Positions 1-12,540 of a DNA stretch of 56,557 bases are shown in pieces. The DNA lies in contig NC_068984.1 of NCBI RefSeq assembly GCF_001194135.2, forward strand, positions 140,667,352 through 140,723,908, written 5' to 3'. The position numbers were made by a program, and so were the translations under genes. Within the stretch, counting starts at the first letter, position 1. Each line of letters starts with the position of its first letter. The DNA comes from Octopus bimaculoides. Its lineage: Eukaryota. The notes under the pieces were generated by a model that saw only the letters and a list, made by a program, of their open reading frames with translations, did no database searches and was not told where the DNA came from.

Positions 1-233
1 GGCACATAAAAGACACCATTTCGAGCGTGGCCGTTTTCGTGCGGGTGACACGTAAAAGCACCCACTACACTCTCTGAGTGGTTGGCGTTAGGAAGGGCAT
101 CCAGCTGTAGAAACTCTGCCAAATCAGACTGGAGCTTGGTGTTGCCATCCGGTTTCACCAGTCCTCAGTCAAATCGTCCAACCCATGCTAGCATGGAAAG
201 CGGACGTTAAACGATGATGATGATGATGATGAT
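1..233 (+). mobile_element. RTE-clade LINE 3' UTR fragment, young copy, (GAT)n tail
   Basis: About 99% identical over about 212 nt to the reverse complement of the copies at 23978-24200 and 56249-56484. Confidence 0.8.
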
Positions 234-831
234 ATATATATATATATATAAATTGCTTAGACATAAATGTTAGTGTACTCTGGTGCAAACTCAGTACTCC
301 AGACTAATACCTTGTCATATTTAGGTATTCTGTTATGACAAATTATTTTCCATTATGTCCAAAATAAACTTACTTGATAAACAAATATCAACAAAATGAA
401 CCCCAGTCTGAACTCTGAGGTTGATACCAATTAAAACCCATGAATGTGGTGTTCTAGCATCAGCACACTCCACCGATAAAAACCAATATAAACCTTTGTG
501 AATATATTTTCTGCTAAAGCTCTGAGTAGACCTATAGCTTGTAAGTGAATTCGGTTGATGGAAACTGTGAAGAAGGCCATCATATATTTGTCCATGTACA
601 TGTGTGTCTTTCACTGCCAGACAACCAGGGCTTGATTGAGTGCTTGTAACTTAGCAGTTCAGCAATAAGGAATCAACAGAATGCACCAGACTTAAAGAAA
701 TGCTGGGGTCAATTTCATCAACTTGCTTAGACAGTGCTCCAGTATGGCTACTTTCTGGTTACTAAAAGAGTTGAAAGAAAAAAAAATACATACCTTTGAG
801 TAGATTGGAATGGAAACTTCAAAGTTTGATA

Positions 832-1514
832 TCATCATCATCATCATCATCATCATCATCGTTTAACATCCTCCTTCCATGCTAGCATGGGTTGGATGAT
901 TTGACCAGAAGGCTGCACCAGGCTCCAATCTGGTGTTTTTTATGTGCCACCTGCACAGGAGCCAGTCCAGCGGCACTGGCAATGACCTCGCTCAAATGCT
1001 TTTTCACGTGCCACCGGCACAAGTGCCAGTAAGGTGATGCTGGTAACGATCATACTCAAATGGTGCTATTTATGTGCCACTGGCGCGGAAGCCAGACAGC
1101 TGCTCTGGCAATGATCACGCTCGGATGGTGTTCTTAGCGCTCCACTGGCACAGGTGCCAGTCATCGAATTTGGTTCAATCACGATTTTGATTTCACTTCC
1201 CCCAACAGGTCTTCACAAGCTGAGTTTAGTGTCCAATGAAGGAGAGGTTGGCATGGGTGCCAGTCGTCAAATTTGGATTGATTTCATTTGCCTCAACAGG
1301 TCTTCGCAAACAGAGTTCAGTGTCCAATGAAGGAAAGGTACGCATGAGTGGGCTGGCTAACCCCTGGCAGAGGCCTCAGATTATGGTCTCACTTGGCTTG
1401 CCAGGTCTTCTCACACACGGCATATTTCCAAACGGCTCGGTCACAAGTCATTGCCTCGGTGAGGCCTTATGTTTGAAGGTTGTGCTTCATCACATCCCAG
1501 GTCTTCCTGGGTCT
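832..1514 (-). mobile_element. 5'-truncated RTE-clade LINE: ORF C-terminus, 3' UTR with internal tandem units, tail
   Basis: Minus 1514-1389 translates RPRKTWDVMKHNLQT*GLTEAMTCDRAVWKYAVCEKTWQAK*, typical of RTE ORF ends; followed by ~100-bp x2 and ~60-bp x4 units and a (GAT)n tail. Confidence 0.75.
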
Positions 1515-2448
1515 AATTCTTAAAAATCTAGAAACTTTTTTTAAAAAAAAAAAGGACAACAAAAATGAAATTTGTCTGTAGTGACTCATTTCTATTAAAT
1601 ACATACTGTACATCTTTATTGCAGGACTAAATACATTTTACAGGGTGTATATAAGATATATATATGTAATTAATAAAAAAAATTGATCACAAATTTTGTA
1701 CAAAAGGAAAAATTAAAATGTATAAAATAAGCCTGATACAAGAAGAAACATACAAAATATTACATTGGTGTTTGAACCTGTTGTTCTGGAAAGTAATTGT
1801 GTCAAAGAAGGTAAGAGTAGCTAATATCTGATGGTGGAGATAAATTTCATATGGTGGTATAATTAAATTTGGCAGTTGAAACAGTCAATTTTAGACTCCC
1901 AGAATATGACTGGTATTTCATTTTATCGACTTATTAAAGGTAAAGTGGTGGGAATTTAATGAGGAATATAACTAAATACTGCAAGGCATATTTGGTTTGA
2001 TGTTGAAATGTGTCTGTGCTAGATATTAACCTCTGCAACATTAAAAGGTGAAGTTGGTTACAGTAATAGGAATGGAACTTTGGATGTCAAAGTATGGCAG
2101 ACAATTTTTTTATAGGTTGACACTCATTCTGCCATCTGGCCTCCTCTGACAGGGATTGTAATTATGCCAAAGCAAGATAGAAGTCTTTGGAATTTTGGCA
2201 ATGTGAAGGATGGAAACATAGTGGGGTGACCAGGTACTAGCCAGATTGGGGGAAGATTAAATTCTAATAGAGAGGGCAGTGGTGGAATGAAGGAATCGGT
2301 CAATTTTAACTAAAAATTTGTCTGACTGGACACTAACTGGACACTTACATATTTGACATAGTATACCAAGAAATTTTAATTGCAATTGTCTTAAAAAATT
2401 ACTATCTTTAAATCTCACAACGTGAGATATTCACCAACAGTACCTTGG

Positions 2449-2534
2449 AGTAAAGATTGTTTGCCAACATAACATGGCAGCAACATTAGTCCTAGACCAG
2501 GACTGCCATGTTATGTTGGCAAACAATCTTTACT
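2449..2534. repeat. Perfect 32-bp inverted repeat with 22-nt spacer
   Basis: Arms 2449-2480 and 2503-2534. Confidence 0.95.
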
Positions 2535-3052
2535 ACAATTGTCTTAGAGAGGATAAAATATTATCATGTAATTAATTCTGGTACAAAACAGCAAACTTTA
2601 AAATTTCAATTCTAGAATAATTGTATTTAGTGTGGACTGTCTTGTCTTCAGCTGAATGACAGTAACTGAAGATAGTCATTACACCATCATTGAAGGCTTT
2701 TTTATTCCCTACATGTCTACAGTGACCTTTCTGTAAATCACTACAACTGTTCTTTTTCTACTTGTAATGACTCCAGTAACATTAACTCATTGTTGTGGTC
2801 TGTTGTTGCTTTCTTCAATTATGCTATCCACGAAGAAATTTGAAGTCAGTGTAACCAACAAGTATTTCAATAGCTTTGCAATGGCTCCTTCCTTCCCCCA
2901 TGGTACTTATTAACAGCTAATAATAATAATTTAGTCTCTGCTCTCTCTAACTGTCAATGTTTGTTGCTCTGACTGATTTGGGAAAGCTTTCATAACTTAT
3001 GGATGCTTCCTCCTCTCAACACCCGATTAACAAAAGAAAAATTAACGAAATA

Positions 3053-3333
3053 GGCACAGGAGTGACTGTGTGGTAAGTAGCTTGCTTACCAACCACATAG
3101 TTCCAGTTTCAGTGCCATGGAAACTGAAAGAAGCCCGTTGTATATTTATATATGTTTGTGTGTCAGTGTTTGTCCCCCCACCATCGCTTGACAACCGATG
3201 CTGGTGTATTTACGTCCCCCGTAACTTAGCAGTTCGGCAAAAGAGGCTAATAGAATAAGTCCTGGGGTCGATTTGTTCGACTAAAGACGTTGCTCCAGCA
3301 TGGCCGCAGTCAAATGACTGAAACAAATAAAAG
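3053..3333 (+). mobile_element. tRNA-derived SINE family B, internally deleted
   Basis: Head GGCACAGGAGTGACTGTGTGGTAAGTAGC and shared 3' body. Confidence 0.75.
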
Positions 3334-4459
3334 GACATGATGTAGTACTGTTGTTGGGATGCAGAGCAATTAATCATTTCATTTGTTATCCTACCAAAGT
3401 TGTATATTTTGCACATCATGAACACCAAGAAACTAGAATATAGGGGACATCAAGTTGAGGAAGAGTCCTCATGATTACTTATTTTGCTAGAAATAGAGCC
3501 AAGTCTCCTTCAATTTATACACCATTAACCTTAAAAGAGACATGGTATAGACAAAAGAAGAAAACAAGGCAGGAAGGTCATGGTTGGAACATCTCTGATC
3601 ACTACTAACTAGGGATAAACCCAGAGATTTCTAAAATCAGTTGGTTGAATGAATTCTTTGCAATAAAAACTTAATTACAACCCTCCCCCCCAAAAAATCT
3701 AACATTTCAGTATATGTAATGTTGTTGTTGTTTAATTATTTTAATTACTCTAATTGGCAGATTATGGTGATTCACAACAAACTCTTCCAAACAAAAGAGT
3801 TGAATTCTAGAAAGGTCAAAAGTACGAGAGTATTATAAGAAAGTTTTAAACTGTGAGGACTTAAAGTGAAAAGTTGACCTTCGGTTTCAGGTTTAGTCTA
3901 AAAGCTGGTATCAAGAGTTCAAGCTTGAGGCAGTTCCAGTCGAAGGATTCTAAACAAAATAACAAAAATGTTTAGAAAATTGTTGTCAATAACCAAATAA
4001 TCATGACCTCAAAATTATAAACATGCAACGACTGGTTTGGTTCGTTATTTTAAATGAACTGTTTAACCTTTTCTATTTAAATCTGTTTAAGACTGCTTCT
4101 GGGTCTTTGACACAAAACCTGTTCATTTTTAAATTAAAACTTTCTAAACATCAAATTACTAATTACAACAGACTTATTTATTTTATTGAATCCTTACAAA
4201 TTATTGATTATTAATTAAGATAGAGACAGTGTGTTTTGTTAGATATATTGGCTTCACATTTTGGTACAAGGCTAGCAATTTTGGGAGAGTGGGGGGGGGG
4301 TTGATTCCATTGATCCCAGTGCTTGGTTGATATGACTGGTACTTAATTTATCGACCCCAAAAAGCAGAAAGGCAAAGTCAACCTCGGCAGAGTTTGAACT
4401 AAAGACAGACGAAATGTCGTTAAGTATCTTTGCCCAGTGTACAAACACTGTAAGGATTA

Positions 4460-5075
4460 CATTATTTACGTTATTTACATTTGACGTATGTTTGTCCTCA
4501 TCTTGTTTGTTGGTAACACAATCTTCAATTTCAACAAACAAGATGAGGACAAATATCCGTCAAATGTAAAGAATGTAGTTAATTCCTCATCTCTTAGATA
4601 TAGAACTGTATTATCTAATCGGTATGGAGCCGACATTAGACTTCAATGGAGGCATATAGAGAAACTCCATCAAAAACTAGCTCGTCTTTCAAACCATCTA
4701 ACTTTCCTGTGTAGATGTAGAGACTCGAAGCTAATACCACCTGGCTTGAATATAATGACACCAGTGGATTCATTTTGAAGTTGAAGATTGTGTTAACAAC
4801 AAACAAGATGAGGACAAATATCCGTCAAATGTACATAATTCCTCATCTCTTAAATATAGAACTCCATTGAAGTCTAATAATAATAATAATAGTAATAACA
4901 TCGTAAAATACCTGAGAAATGAGAACCCAGGTTCGAAATTTCCCCAAGACACCTGATGAAGGCTGGAGCGTATATCAGCCGAAACGTTGTGTTAACAACA
5001 AACAAGATGAGGACAAATATCCATCAAATGTAAATAATGTAAATAATTCCTCATCTCTTAAATATAAAACTGTAT
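4460..5075. mobile_element. Rearranged Penelope-like element (PLE) terminus cluster with N-terminal ORF fragment and hammerhead
   Basis: Four partial copies of the AACAAACAAGATGAGGACAAA module (one inverted). ORF 4488-4778 contains RLSNHLTFLCRCRDSKLIPPGL, resembling PLE ORF N-termini. Confidence 0.65.
4948..4993 (+). ncRNA. Minimal type I hammerhead ribozyme (Penelope-type)
   Basis: GACAC-CTGATGA-A-GGCTG(10 nt)CAGCC-GAAA-CGTT-GTGTT: stem I GACAC/GTGTT, stem II GGCTG/CAGCC, palindromic AACGTT in place of a closed stem III, predicted cleavage after GUU (4988). Confidence 0.7.
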
Positions 5076-5620
5076 GAAAGGATTAATGAATGAAAAAAGA
5101 AAAAAAAGAAAATGAAAAATATTAGATACTTGTTAATTAGTAACACAAAACTATTTTAGTGTGGAATCAAACCTGAGTTGTCATCAACAGAAAGTATAAA
5201 AATTAATGAATTAATTAATGAAACGATCATCAACATCTTGTTAGAATAGTTGTATGGTGAGGTCAAGGATTGGTTATCATTTTTGTGATTTTAGCAGGTT
5301 AGCATTGCTTTTCATCTATAAAATATTGATCCAGGGCAGTAATGGACAGGTAAAACTATAAGAACATCAGACTAGATACCTTGTGGTATTTGTTCTGAGT
5401 TCAAATCTCACCATAGCCTAATTGGCTGGTAGTCTTATCTGTCACTTTGTTTAACCCCTGTCCCTCTCGGTATTTTAGATGCTTTTAATAGACCCAAGCA
5501 TTCAGTTGGGCCAAGTCTTTGGTTTAAGGATACCTTCCTCCATCTGCCCCCACCCCACTAATCTTGAAGGCCCTGTAAAGGATCATGGACATCACCTTCC
5601 CACTTGACTCTAAAGTTACA

Positions 5621-5653
<33 letters not shown>

Positions 5654-5842
5654 TAGTTTCAAATTTTGGCACTAGGCCAGCAATTTTGGGGAGGGGGTCA
5701 GTTGATTAGTTTTATTGACCCCGAAAGGATGAAAGGCAAAGTTGACCTTGGCAGAATTTGAACTCGGAATGTAAAGATGAATGAAATACTGCTAGGCATT
5801 TTGTGCTGTGTTCTAATGATTCTGCCAGCTTGCCACACACGC

Positions 5843-5895
<53 letters not shown>

Positions 5896-7085
5896 GACTG
5901 AGGAATTAGAGAAGAAATGTATCAATTTATAAAGAATTAACACCAAGAATTTCGCTTCATTCCATATTATTTATATTTACAGAAAAAATTTTTCTATTTC
6001 TACTATTTCAAGAATTTCTCCACTGAAACTGAAGTTTCCTAGTTATAGGAATCACACTTGCAGTGGTGGGCATATTAGGAAATCAGTGATGGAAACTTAA
6101 CAGTCCATTGCTAATTTCTGGGGACAGAGAAAACAATCTACAAGAAACAGTTAAGAATAACTATGAATGGGTAAGAATACCTGTGAATGTTCTGGAGAGA
6201 GAAGGTGAAGTCTATACAGTAACATTGATAATAGTGTATGAAACCTGGTTTTTGGGTTGGCAGAACTGTGTTGAACAACAGACAGGATGTCTTGAAGAAG
6301 CTCTTCTAGTTGTTTAGGTTCTAACAGCACCTGTGACAGCACTGTTGCCAAGCTGTAACACTCTTTCCCTTGGACAACATCAGTGGTATGAAGAGGGAAG
6401 ACTGTCTGCAGGGACAACTGTCAGATTTCCACAAAAACCTTACACAATCCCCTGTGTACAAGTGCAGATATCTGGTCAGCCTGCATAAATGTAGACCCTT
6501 TTGTGATTATAGACTCATCAAAATCCTGACGTGAAGATTACCAAATAATTTTACTGATATTTGAATTTCATTTTGAAGATTAGAAATATTTCACTTAATA
6601 TATGTCCCCTATTCCCTGTCCTCTATCAAAAGTAATTAAATTTACCAAAACCTTTATCTCTCCATCATCCCTCCCCCCAACATTTTATATGTAGTTATAT
6701 ATTGTTTTGAAATTTTAATTACATTTATTTCACAGTAGATGTTGATCCTTCATCCATCTCCCTCACTTTCACCCCCACCCATCTCACTAAATTCCTCTTA
6801 TAAAAAAACATTGCCCTTATTAAATTAAGTCCCGATTTATTCAATAGCACCCCCTCCCACCTTCCTCACTGTGTTTCCCATTAAACATTCACACCACACT
6901 GTATAATCCGTGCGTTTCGATTTCCCACATTGGACCAAAGCCACAAATTCAATTATAGCTGGTACTTTATTTTATCCACCCCAGAAGAACAAAAAGTAAT
7001 CTTTGTTAGGATCTGAACTTAGAACCTTAAAGAGACATAATGCTACAAGGATTTGATCTGCTGGTCTTTCATTATAATAATAACT

Positions 7086-7260
7086 GTTCTAAATTTTGGC
7101 ACAAAGTTAGCAATATAAGGGTGGGGTTTAAATGGTTACATTGATCCCAGTATATAAATTCTGAAGGGATGAAAGATGCAGTTGACTTTGCTATGATTTG
7201 AGCTCAGAAGCATTTCTGAGCATTTTGTCCAATGTGCTAACAATTCAGCTAGCTCACCTC

Positions 7261-7297
<37 letters not shown>

Positions 7298-7749
7298 TTT
7301 AATAATAATAATCCTTTCTACTAAAGGCACAAGGCCTGAAGTTTTGGTGGAGGGGAGTAGTCCGTTATATCGACCCCAATGTGTCACTGGTACTTCATTT
7401 ACTGATCGCGAAAGGATGAAAGGCAAAGTCGACCTCGGCAGAATTTGAACTCAGAACATAGCAATGGGTGAAATACCGCTTAGCATTTCGCCATGCAGGC
7501 TAGTGATTCTGCCAGTTCATCGCCTTAAATAATCCTGTCTAGTGAAGGCACAAGGCCTGTAATTTTGTGGGGAGGGGACTAGATGATGTAATCGACTCCA
7601 GTGTTTCACTGGTACTTATTTTATCGACCCCGGAAGGATGAAAGGCAAAGTCGACCTCGGCAGAATTTGAACTCAAAATGTAAAGACAGATGAAATGCCG
7701 CTAAGCATTTCGCCCGGTGTGCTAACCACCCTGCTAGCTCACTGCCTTA
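7086..7749 (-). mobile_element. Three head-to-tail copies of SINE family D (core GAAAGGATGAAAGGCAAAGTCGACCTCGGCAGAATTTGAACTC on +)
   Basis: Copies at about 7086-7258, 7312-7527 and 7531-7749 with an (AAT)n spacer. Other copies at about 4262, 5652, 27555, 28931, 45508, 49310, 55795 (same orientation) and 53545 (opposite). Confidence 0.75.
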
Positions 7750-8456
7750 ATGGTGATAATAATAAATTATATATACATCTGTGCAATCATCATCAGCTTC
7801 CCATCTGTTCATGCTTGCATCATTGACTAGAGGGTTTTCTTCATATCATCATTTAACATCTGTCTGCTTTCCATACTTGCAAGGTTTGAATGCATTGTTG
7901 TGGCTTGAATTAGTTCTTATTGTGACTTACTCCCAGATAGGTATGGACATTTTGCACCTATCATTTTTGGCATGACTTATATAAGTTTGATGCCCTTTTT
8001 TGTGATCAACCACTTTACAAAATATACCGGATTCGTTTTTTTTGTGGCACCAGTACGAGAAATATCTTGTATTCTTGTCTCCGTGTGAATAGAAGTGCAA
8101 TGTATATTATTTGTACAATGTTGAGAACATCGATGTTGCTTTCTACATGGAATTACTGTCATAATTGATAAGAGAAAGAAACAGGTAACGGATAAACTGC
8201 TAGACAGATCTAGAATAGGAATCCACAAAATGGGATAGGTTTATATGCTGAGAGAAGAAAAATCTTAAGTATTGGCCGAGCTCCTCATTGGAGGGGGTCA
8301 GTGAAATGTGACCGTGGCAAAAATATGTACAGTGTTCTATTTTGGTAGAAGAATGAAGTGTTCTATTGTCAGTAATAAGGAATTCTGTTCCACATCTGTA
8401 AGAAATTTCCTTTACTACTCATCTTTTTCCTTATATCTATCTCTCTTCTTATATCT

Positions 8457-8498
<42 letters not shown>

Positions 8499-8559
8499 AG
8501 TCCAAAAACAAAAATAGAAGTTGTAATATTACATTGTTTTCTTTATTACAGTTGTTTCA

Positions 8560-8945
8560 GTGGCGGTGCAATAGCCCAGTGGTTAGGGCAGTGGACTCGC
8601 AGTCATAGGATCGTGGTTTCAATTCCCAGACCGGGCGTTGTGAGTGTTTATTGAGCGAAAACACCAAAAAACTCCACGAGGCTCCGGCAGGGTATGGTGG
8701 CGAACCCTGCTGTACTCTTTCACCACAACTTTCTCTCACTCTTATTTCCTGTTTCTGTTGTGCCTGTAATTCAAAGGGTCAGCTTTGCCACACTGTGTCA
8801 CGCTGAATATCCCCGAGAACTACGTTAAGGGTACACATGTCTGTGGAGTGCTCAGCCACTTGCACGTTAATTTCACGAGCAGGCTGTTCCGTTGATCGGA
8901 TCAACTGGAACCCTCAACGTCGTAAGCGATGGAGTGCCAACAACA
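8560..8945 (+). mobile_element. tRNA-derived SINE family C
   Basis: Head ATAGCCCAGTGGTTAGGGCAGTGGACTCGCAG...GGTTTCAATTCCC (Arg-like anticodon loop); related copies at 25225-25510 and 45125-45435 on the minus strand. Confidence 0.75.
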
Positions 8946-9212
8946 GTTGTTTTAACAACATGTAGTTCAGACCCACCATGAATGTAGCTGATTGTGTAAT
9001 ATATGACATTACAATATATTACATGTGATCCAAGCTCATCTCATCAGACAATGGCTAGCCAGTATTTGCAGGAGTGCTGCTGACTAAAGATACAGCTTAG
9101 GTTTACAAATCACATTTTGTCTGGTATGTATGCATGTGTTTGTGTCTGCATGCATATATAAAAAAGAGAGACAGGTGTAACAACATTATGTGGGGGAAAT
9201 AAAATAACTGCA

Positions 9213-9633
9213 GAGTGGCTGTGTGGTAAGTAGCTTGCTTACGAACCACATGGTTCCGAGTTCAGTCCCACTGTGTGGCACCTTGGGCAAGCATCTTCTA
9301 CTATGGCCTCGGGCCAACCAAAGCCTTGTGAGTGGATTTGGTAGATGGAAACTGAAAGAAGCTCGTCGTATATATGTATATATATATGTGTGTGTGTGTG
9401 TGTGTATATGTTTATGTGTCTGTGTTTGTCCCCCACCCCAACATCGCTTGACAACCGATGCTGGTGTGTTTATGTCCCCGTAACTTAGCGGTTCAGCAAA
9501 AGAGACCAATAGAATAAGTACTAGGCTTACAAAGAATAAGTCCCGGGGTCGATTTGCTCAACTAAAGGCGGTGTTCCAGTATGGCCACAGTCAAAATGAC
9601 TGAAACAAGTAAAAGAATAAAGAGTAAAGAGTA
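9213..9633 (+). mobile_element. tRNA-derived SINE family B (CORE-like ACCTTGGGCAAG block)
   Basis: A/B-box-like head, internal TA/TG microsatellite, (GTAAAAGA)-like tail. Confidence 0.8.
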
Positions 9634-11422
9634 ATCTACTGACCTCGAAGAATGATTTTTAACCAATGCCATCAATAAGTCTCGAGAATGTAATCATCCA
9701 AAAACCCAACAGAGAGTTGGCGCCCAAATCCAGTGCTGTTTGTAGACATCCATTATTACCACAAATGTTATTATGGCTTCAGAGAGGATGTTGGGATCCG
9801 TTTCTAGTTTATTTCTCTGCCCTGCCATATTCATACACAAACAAGCACTGAGTGGTCGATTAATGAAGAGTTGCCAAAATTTATTCCAGGTTTGAGACAT
9901 TTGTCTTTGAATAATCTCCTTGTTTCCATTAACAAAATCCTCTAGAGAACAATTTCTAAGGGATAGTAATGACTCACGAAAGTTTTAGGAACCTCTCTAA
10001 TCAAGGAGATCAAATGGGCCATGAATGCATGTCAAGTGATCAAATACTACTGACCACAGCAGACTGGGGAAGTATCAGTGCATTGGCGTGACAAGATTTT
10101 GGTGGTCAGCACTGTTCATAATTGTCTAAATGAGATGAACAGTTCAAGGTTGTCCAGCTGTCTGAAGTCATATTTAATAGTTAATATCAACAGGCTCGAA
10201 GTGTGGTCAATGACTTGAAGTGGTTAGCAGCCAGTAGATTGTATAGAAGTGGCCCAACATATTGATAGGCAACAGAATGTATAGTGGCATGGTGAAGAAG
10301 GGCCAAGATATTAAAACCGTCCACAAAGCAATCCATAGTTTATGGTCATATTGGTTAGTTGAAATTAAAGTCAATATGGGTGGACATCAGTTTAGAAATG
10401 TACAATTGAGGAATAACAGATTATCTGGGTACTTAATGAATATAAGACAACAGAAATATTTCATGTTTTTTTACAGAAGTTAAGGAAATTTTTTAGAGAA
10501 ACCAAATGATGATGATTTTGTGTTACATATCAGTCTGACTATTTAATAAAATTCCAGAATAAAAAACAAGACTGCATATAATGTTAGACTGTGTTAACGA
10601 AGAGAACTGTTAGTATTTAAATTAACAGTTTATCAAATTAACAATATCTCAAATGTTACTTACAATCAGTGTTTAGCAACACAAAACCATCTCGGGTTTG
10701 CTAGGGAGCTGAAGATATCAAAGGGAGCTGATCTCAATATGTTCAATGTATTAACTAAAGATAAATAATAAACCACAAATTCACACATTGTCTTGGAAAC
10801 AAGAATAGAAAGAGGATGGATAAATTACCAATAAAGAATTGTGGAGGCACGACCAATAGAAAGATGGGTCTTTGAGAAATTCTCAGATACTGATTTGGTT
10901 AGCTTTGTGCTAGAGATCTTACAGATTAAAATAATCTATGGATAATCAGAAACAACACAAAATAATATTGCCAAGAATTTAAACTAGATGGAATTTTGAA
11001 TGGTGCTAAATATATACCAACATCTATTTTGCCTTAATGCAAGATCAAGGATACTTAGTAGCCATCTGGTATGGAATTCTTCCAGTTGTCTGATCTGATT
11101 TGGCACCAATAAAGGGTCCAGCACTTAGACTCATTCATGCAGGAGGGTGGATGCACACACAGGGTTATAAATAGAGATTTTTGTACTTGCTCTGTGTGCA
11201 TATTGTATAAAGCTTGAAAATGCCAATTACATTTTCTTCGTTTATTTCGCACGCACGCACGCACACACGCACACACACACACACAATTCCATGTTGCAGA
11301 CTTGATAATTGTTGAGATTTCTGTTGGCATGAAACCAATGGTAGCCTTGCTAACCTACAAATAAAGAGTATTTATCCAGCAATGCAGTTTTGAGCACTCA
11401 TTCTCACTGGTCAATATTAATG

Positions 11423-11453
<31 letters not shown>

Positions 11454-11514
11454 CTTGAGGAGTTTGTTTCCTTTTTTGTCAATTTCCTTTTGTTCCTTTC
11501 AAGTTACCTAGCAA

Positions 11515-11690
11515 CCTTGCTAGTGCTGGTGGCATGAAAAAAAGCACCGAGTACGCTCTGTAAAGTGATTAGTATTAGAAAGGGCATCCAACTGTAGAAA
11601 CCATTCCAAAGTGGCTTTACAGATATTCAGATACTATCAAACTGTCCAACCCATGCCAGCATGGAAAGCAAATATCAAATGATAATTTGA
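11515..11690 (+). mobile_element. Degenerate RTE 3' fragment
   Basis: GAAAGGGCATCCAACTGTAGAAAC...CCAACCCATGCCAGCATGGAAAGC. Confidence 0.6.
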
Positions 11691-12331
11691 TAATTGTGTG
11701 TGTGTAGTTAAGGANNNNNNNNNNNNNNNNNNNNNNNNNNNNNNNNNNNNNNNNNNNNNATATATATATATATATATATATAACGTGTGCAAAGTAATAA
11801 AACAATTTGTATATAGTCAAATTATAACAAGGTTAGTACAAGTGTATATTAAGCAAACAATAATTGTAGACAATGTATAATATTATTAAAAAAAAAGTGT
11901 GTATAGTAACAATGTAAATGTGAAATAATTCCACAGTCACTTCAGATGTTTATTTAACTTGAATATTACAACAATAATGTTCTTCGTGGTGGAGGTTATA
12001 CCTCAACCCTATTTTGTTATAAATATATATATCAATGCATATATCCGTGTATGCATATATGTGTTAGTTATGGTATGTATGTATGTATGTATATCAAATT
12101 GACTGAGTACACAGCATTCTGGACAGCTGGAAAGATTCCAGACAGATATTAGAGGAAATAAATCATTAACGATGCATTTAATAGTAATAATTATGACAGC
12201 CAATGTAAAAGAAGTTATGCAATGCCTTAGAAAATTGTATAAGGTGGTCAGGATTTGACTATTATAATAACGTGTATTTCTGGTGCATATGAAATATGTG
12301 TGTGTGTATGTGTGTTTGCATACATTTTTAT

Positions 12332-12540
12332 ATATGAAGCAGTGTTGAAAAGTTCCTGGCTTTAAGGGTATCACAAAGGTCCTAGTTGGAGGCTTAACAT
12401 TTGGAGTTCTTTTACAGGGTTTAGAAAAACTGAAGGACCACTGACTCTGAGAGGGAAATATGTTGAATAAAACCATAACTGATCCTCCTGTATTTTCTTT
12501 TACCCAAAGCCAGAAACTTTTCAGCCCCACCCCTTCGTAT
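12332..12540 (+). mobile_element. mariner-derived MITE
   Basis: Imperfect TIRs (TGAAAAGTTCCTGGCTTT / AAAGCCAGAAACTTTTCAG) around a transposase 3'-end remnant. Confidence 0.6.

Noticed and set aside
8560-8640. tRNA gene (also 18532-18605 and family B/D heads)
   Set aside because: A/B boxes are present but the acceptor stem is poor and each runs into a repeat body; these are SINE heads.
9186-9509. Recurrent 60-110 aa ORFs (MVSSLLTNHMV..., C/V- or H/T-rich)
   Set aside because: Translations of SINE bodies and CA/TG microsatellites.
9660-10500. Possible decayed L1/Tx1-type LINE (and a possible RTE end at 6100-6500)
   Set aside because: Translations gave only vague resemblance; needs a profile search.
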